The notes beneath the pieces are model-generated. The model was not told where the DNA came from and searched no databases. It worked only from the letters and a program-made list of their open reading frames with translations. A program made the position numbers and the translations under genes. Shown one piece after another: positions 61,441-64,000 of a DNA stretch of 64,000 nt; within the stretch, counting starts at the first letter, position 1; each line of letters starts with the position of its first letter. The stretch is from Chiloscyllium plagiosum (taxonomy: Eukaryota): positions 33,850,793 through 33,914,792 of the forward strand of contig NC_057740.1 of assembly GCF_004010195.1 (NCBI RefSeq), written 5' to 3'.

Positions 61441-63485
61441 CTACTTCAATCCATCAAAGGAAGAGGACAATTAACAAAGAAAGACTCTAGTTTAGGACTT
61501 CAATTAATCCATACCATAATTATAGGTGGAATAAGTTTAACAAATTTAATTTGAACTTTAAAGATTTGATTGGTATGGGGAGATTTTTAAAGATCTTATT
61601 AACAAATCACTAAGTAAGGTAAGGTAGTATGGATAGAAAGTGTCATGGCATTGCTTATCAGGAAAATCCTATATCTGTTTCTTTAAGCAGGTTCCACAGG
61701 CAGCATACATTACAAGATCACGGAAAAAGTGTAACTTTTATTGAACTTTGAATAGTATACCAGATCAATGCAACAGAAGAGTATTTGCAAATTGTGGGAA
61801 GAGGAAGAGAATATAACAGGTGGAGAACATAGACCATTAGAAACTGGAACAGGAGTAGGCAATTCAGCCCCTTGAGCTTGCTCTGCCATTCAATAGATTC
61901 ATAGCTAATCCAACACTCCTCACATCCACTTTTATTGAACAAAAAGACTAATTCTATATCCAGCATTGGGCCAGAGAATGTGGACTGCAATGTTTGAAAT
62001 GTCTCTTAACTCAGTTCATGTTCAGTGATTCAAATATGTTTCAGATGACTAAGGCACCCAGTTGCTTGACTGGGAACATACAATCCTGCATTACCTGGTC
62101 TAATAGACAGATAACCTCTTAAACACAGAGAAGCCAATGAGCAAGTGGAATAGAAGATGTTACAGTAAGGATGTCCAATGTTTATTGACACCTTGATGGT
62201 AGTGTGTAGTCTTGGGAAATTTCACCACTGTACTTTTATGGGAACAGATAATTATGATAGTAAACTAGCCATGATCCACCAGCTCTCCATTTCAGTGGGG
62301 AGTCAGATCTGGATCTGCAGTCCGACCCCTATAGTTACTCTAATGCTCTTGTGCATCAGAAACTACAGAAAGTGGTAGTGTAGTTTCAGACTGAATGTTC
62401 TGGTGATATTAACACATCTAAATTGAATTTACTCAAACTTCATAATGGTACTATGTTTATCCGTTTATATAAATAAGAAGTTAATTTTATATCTAAGTGA
62501 AATAGTCTCAAAAATGTATAAGCAATATAGTCTGAGTTATTCCCTGGTTTATAAGTGAAACACTTCAGAATCAATTGATCTGTGAAGTGTAATATTTGGA
62601 AGTTCAGGGTAACAGCATTCTTGGTGAATATTGTTTATTATTTTAGATCCCACTTAGTGTAATAATTTCTCAGATTAAAACAAAAAACAAACCTGTGCCT
62701 ACATTTCCATCTTGTGGATAAAAATAAATTTAACATGTCCTCTGATTCTGTTGAGGCCTTTCTGACATTTTTGGGCCAACTTTCTAAGTTTATACTGATG
62801 CCCTGGGCTTTGTTCACTTATTAATTACATGCATGAGTTTTCTTGGTCTATAGAAATTGGCAGACAGGCAGGTGAGGCTAACCAGATGAAATTGAAAATT
62901 CAGCTCTTATATCCCATATAAACAGGTGTAGCCAGTTTGAATTGCAGTTAGGTGTTAATGGCCTTTCCCAGTACTATTGGTCGAATTGCTAAAGAGGTAG
63001 GAAAAGTTCAACCAAATAATCTTATCTCATTCTAAAAGCAAACTGTGTGCTGTGATAAACATACTAAAGCTTCAAAAAAAGCAATTTTGTTGCAATAGCT
63101 TATGAATTTAATAGTTTGTTTAAAGTATTGTCTGTCATCTTCAACAATGATGTTTTACTAAATTAATTATCTTGAACAATAAACATTGGCACACTCTCAG
63201 AGTAAATTCATTCACTTTCCTCAATGTTATATAAAACAAATGCTACTCTGCATTCGTGCCATTCAGATGTTTCTGCTGTCTTTCAGTGTTTCTCTTTCTT
63301 CCATCTTGTAACTTAACAAATAATCTAAACAATTACCTCAAAATTTACAACTTGCTCACCCTATTTTCTTGTTCTTCCAGTCTATAGTTGCTGTATCATT
63401 CAGGCTGGTGTTCAGGTCCACAAATAACACCAACTTTCTGGTATTCGATCCATTTAGCTACAAGTGTGATCCTGATATTTAGTAT

Positions 63486-64000
63486 TGTTATGGACCAGAC
63501 CAGACCACCTCAAAATAGTTTAGGAAGGTGTAAAAGCAAATGTAAAGTGTATGTTCCCAATGCAATGCAACTGGTCAAACTACTTGATGTGAAGGAAAAC
63601 ACAATTTATTTAACCACTGTAGTTAAGATGCAACCAAAGAAAGAGGAATTTAGAATAACTTACCTCCATTGGAAAACATAACAGAATAATAGATGCAGTA
63701 ACTATTACTAATCAACTGTTCCAGTATAGTGACAATGCATTAACACAACCGTTGGCAAAAAAGGAAAATTCAGACAGATTCTCATATGCAGCTCTTCAAT
63801 TCAGAAGGAACACGTCCAGAGAAAATTCTGAGAGAGTAGTTGCCAGGAGACATTCACTGAAGCTTCCAACTCTTTTGAGACCCCAATAGCTTCTGATACT
63901 ACTCAGAAATCTCCTGATCTGTGAGAGCTGGCCACATCCATTCAGGCTGCATTAAAAAAAAATCCAAGGCTTTCCAAGCTGTTTACACAAGTGGTCTTAA
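63486..64000 (-). mobile_element. LTR-like repeat running off the window end
   Basis: Begins TGTTATGGACCAGACCAGACC, reverse complement of the 25563 terminus; shares TAACTATTACTAAT.AACTGTTCCAGT block with 25300-25335. Confidence 0.65.

Overview
Vertebrate (CpG-depleted, ~40% GC) non-genic or deep-intronic DNA, almost certainly from a cartilaginous fish (shark), judged from HE1/V-SINEs paired with HER1/CR1 LINE tails. I found no convincing host protein-coding gene; the long ORFs are transposon remnants or a minisatellite. Much of the window is nested repeats: many CR1 LINE pieces (one near full length, ~39.8-44.3 kb), a Rex1/Babar-type LINE, HE1 SINEs and other tRNA-SINEs, two decayed Gypsy elements (one with the Gmr1-type IN-RT-RH order), solo LTRs with 4-bp TSDs, PIF/Harbinger fossils, a Tc1/mariner-type MITE and a 21-bp minisatellite. 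The most interesting signal is about 13 minimal type-I hammerhead ribozyme cores carried by at least four Penelope-like repeat families. Their stems co-vary, one copy looks structurally intact (49-84), and several sit in short TSD-flanked fold-back insertions. Two N gaps are present, one next to a probably artefactual duplication. Boundaries of old repeats were read by eye and are approximate.
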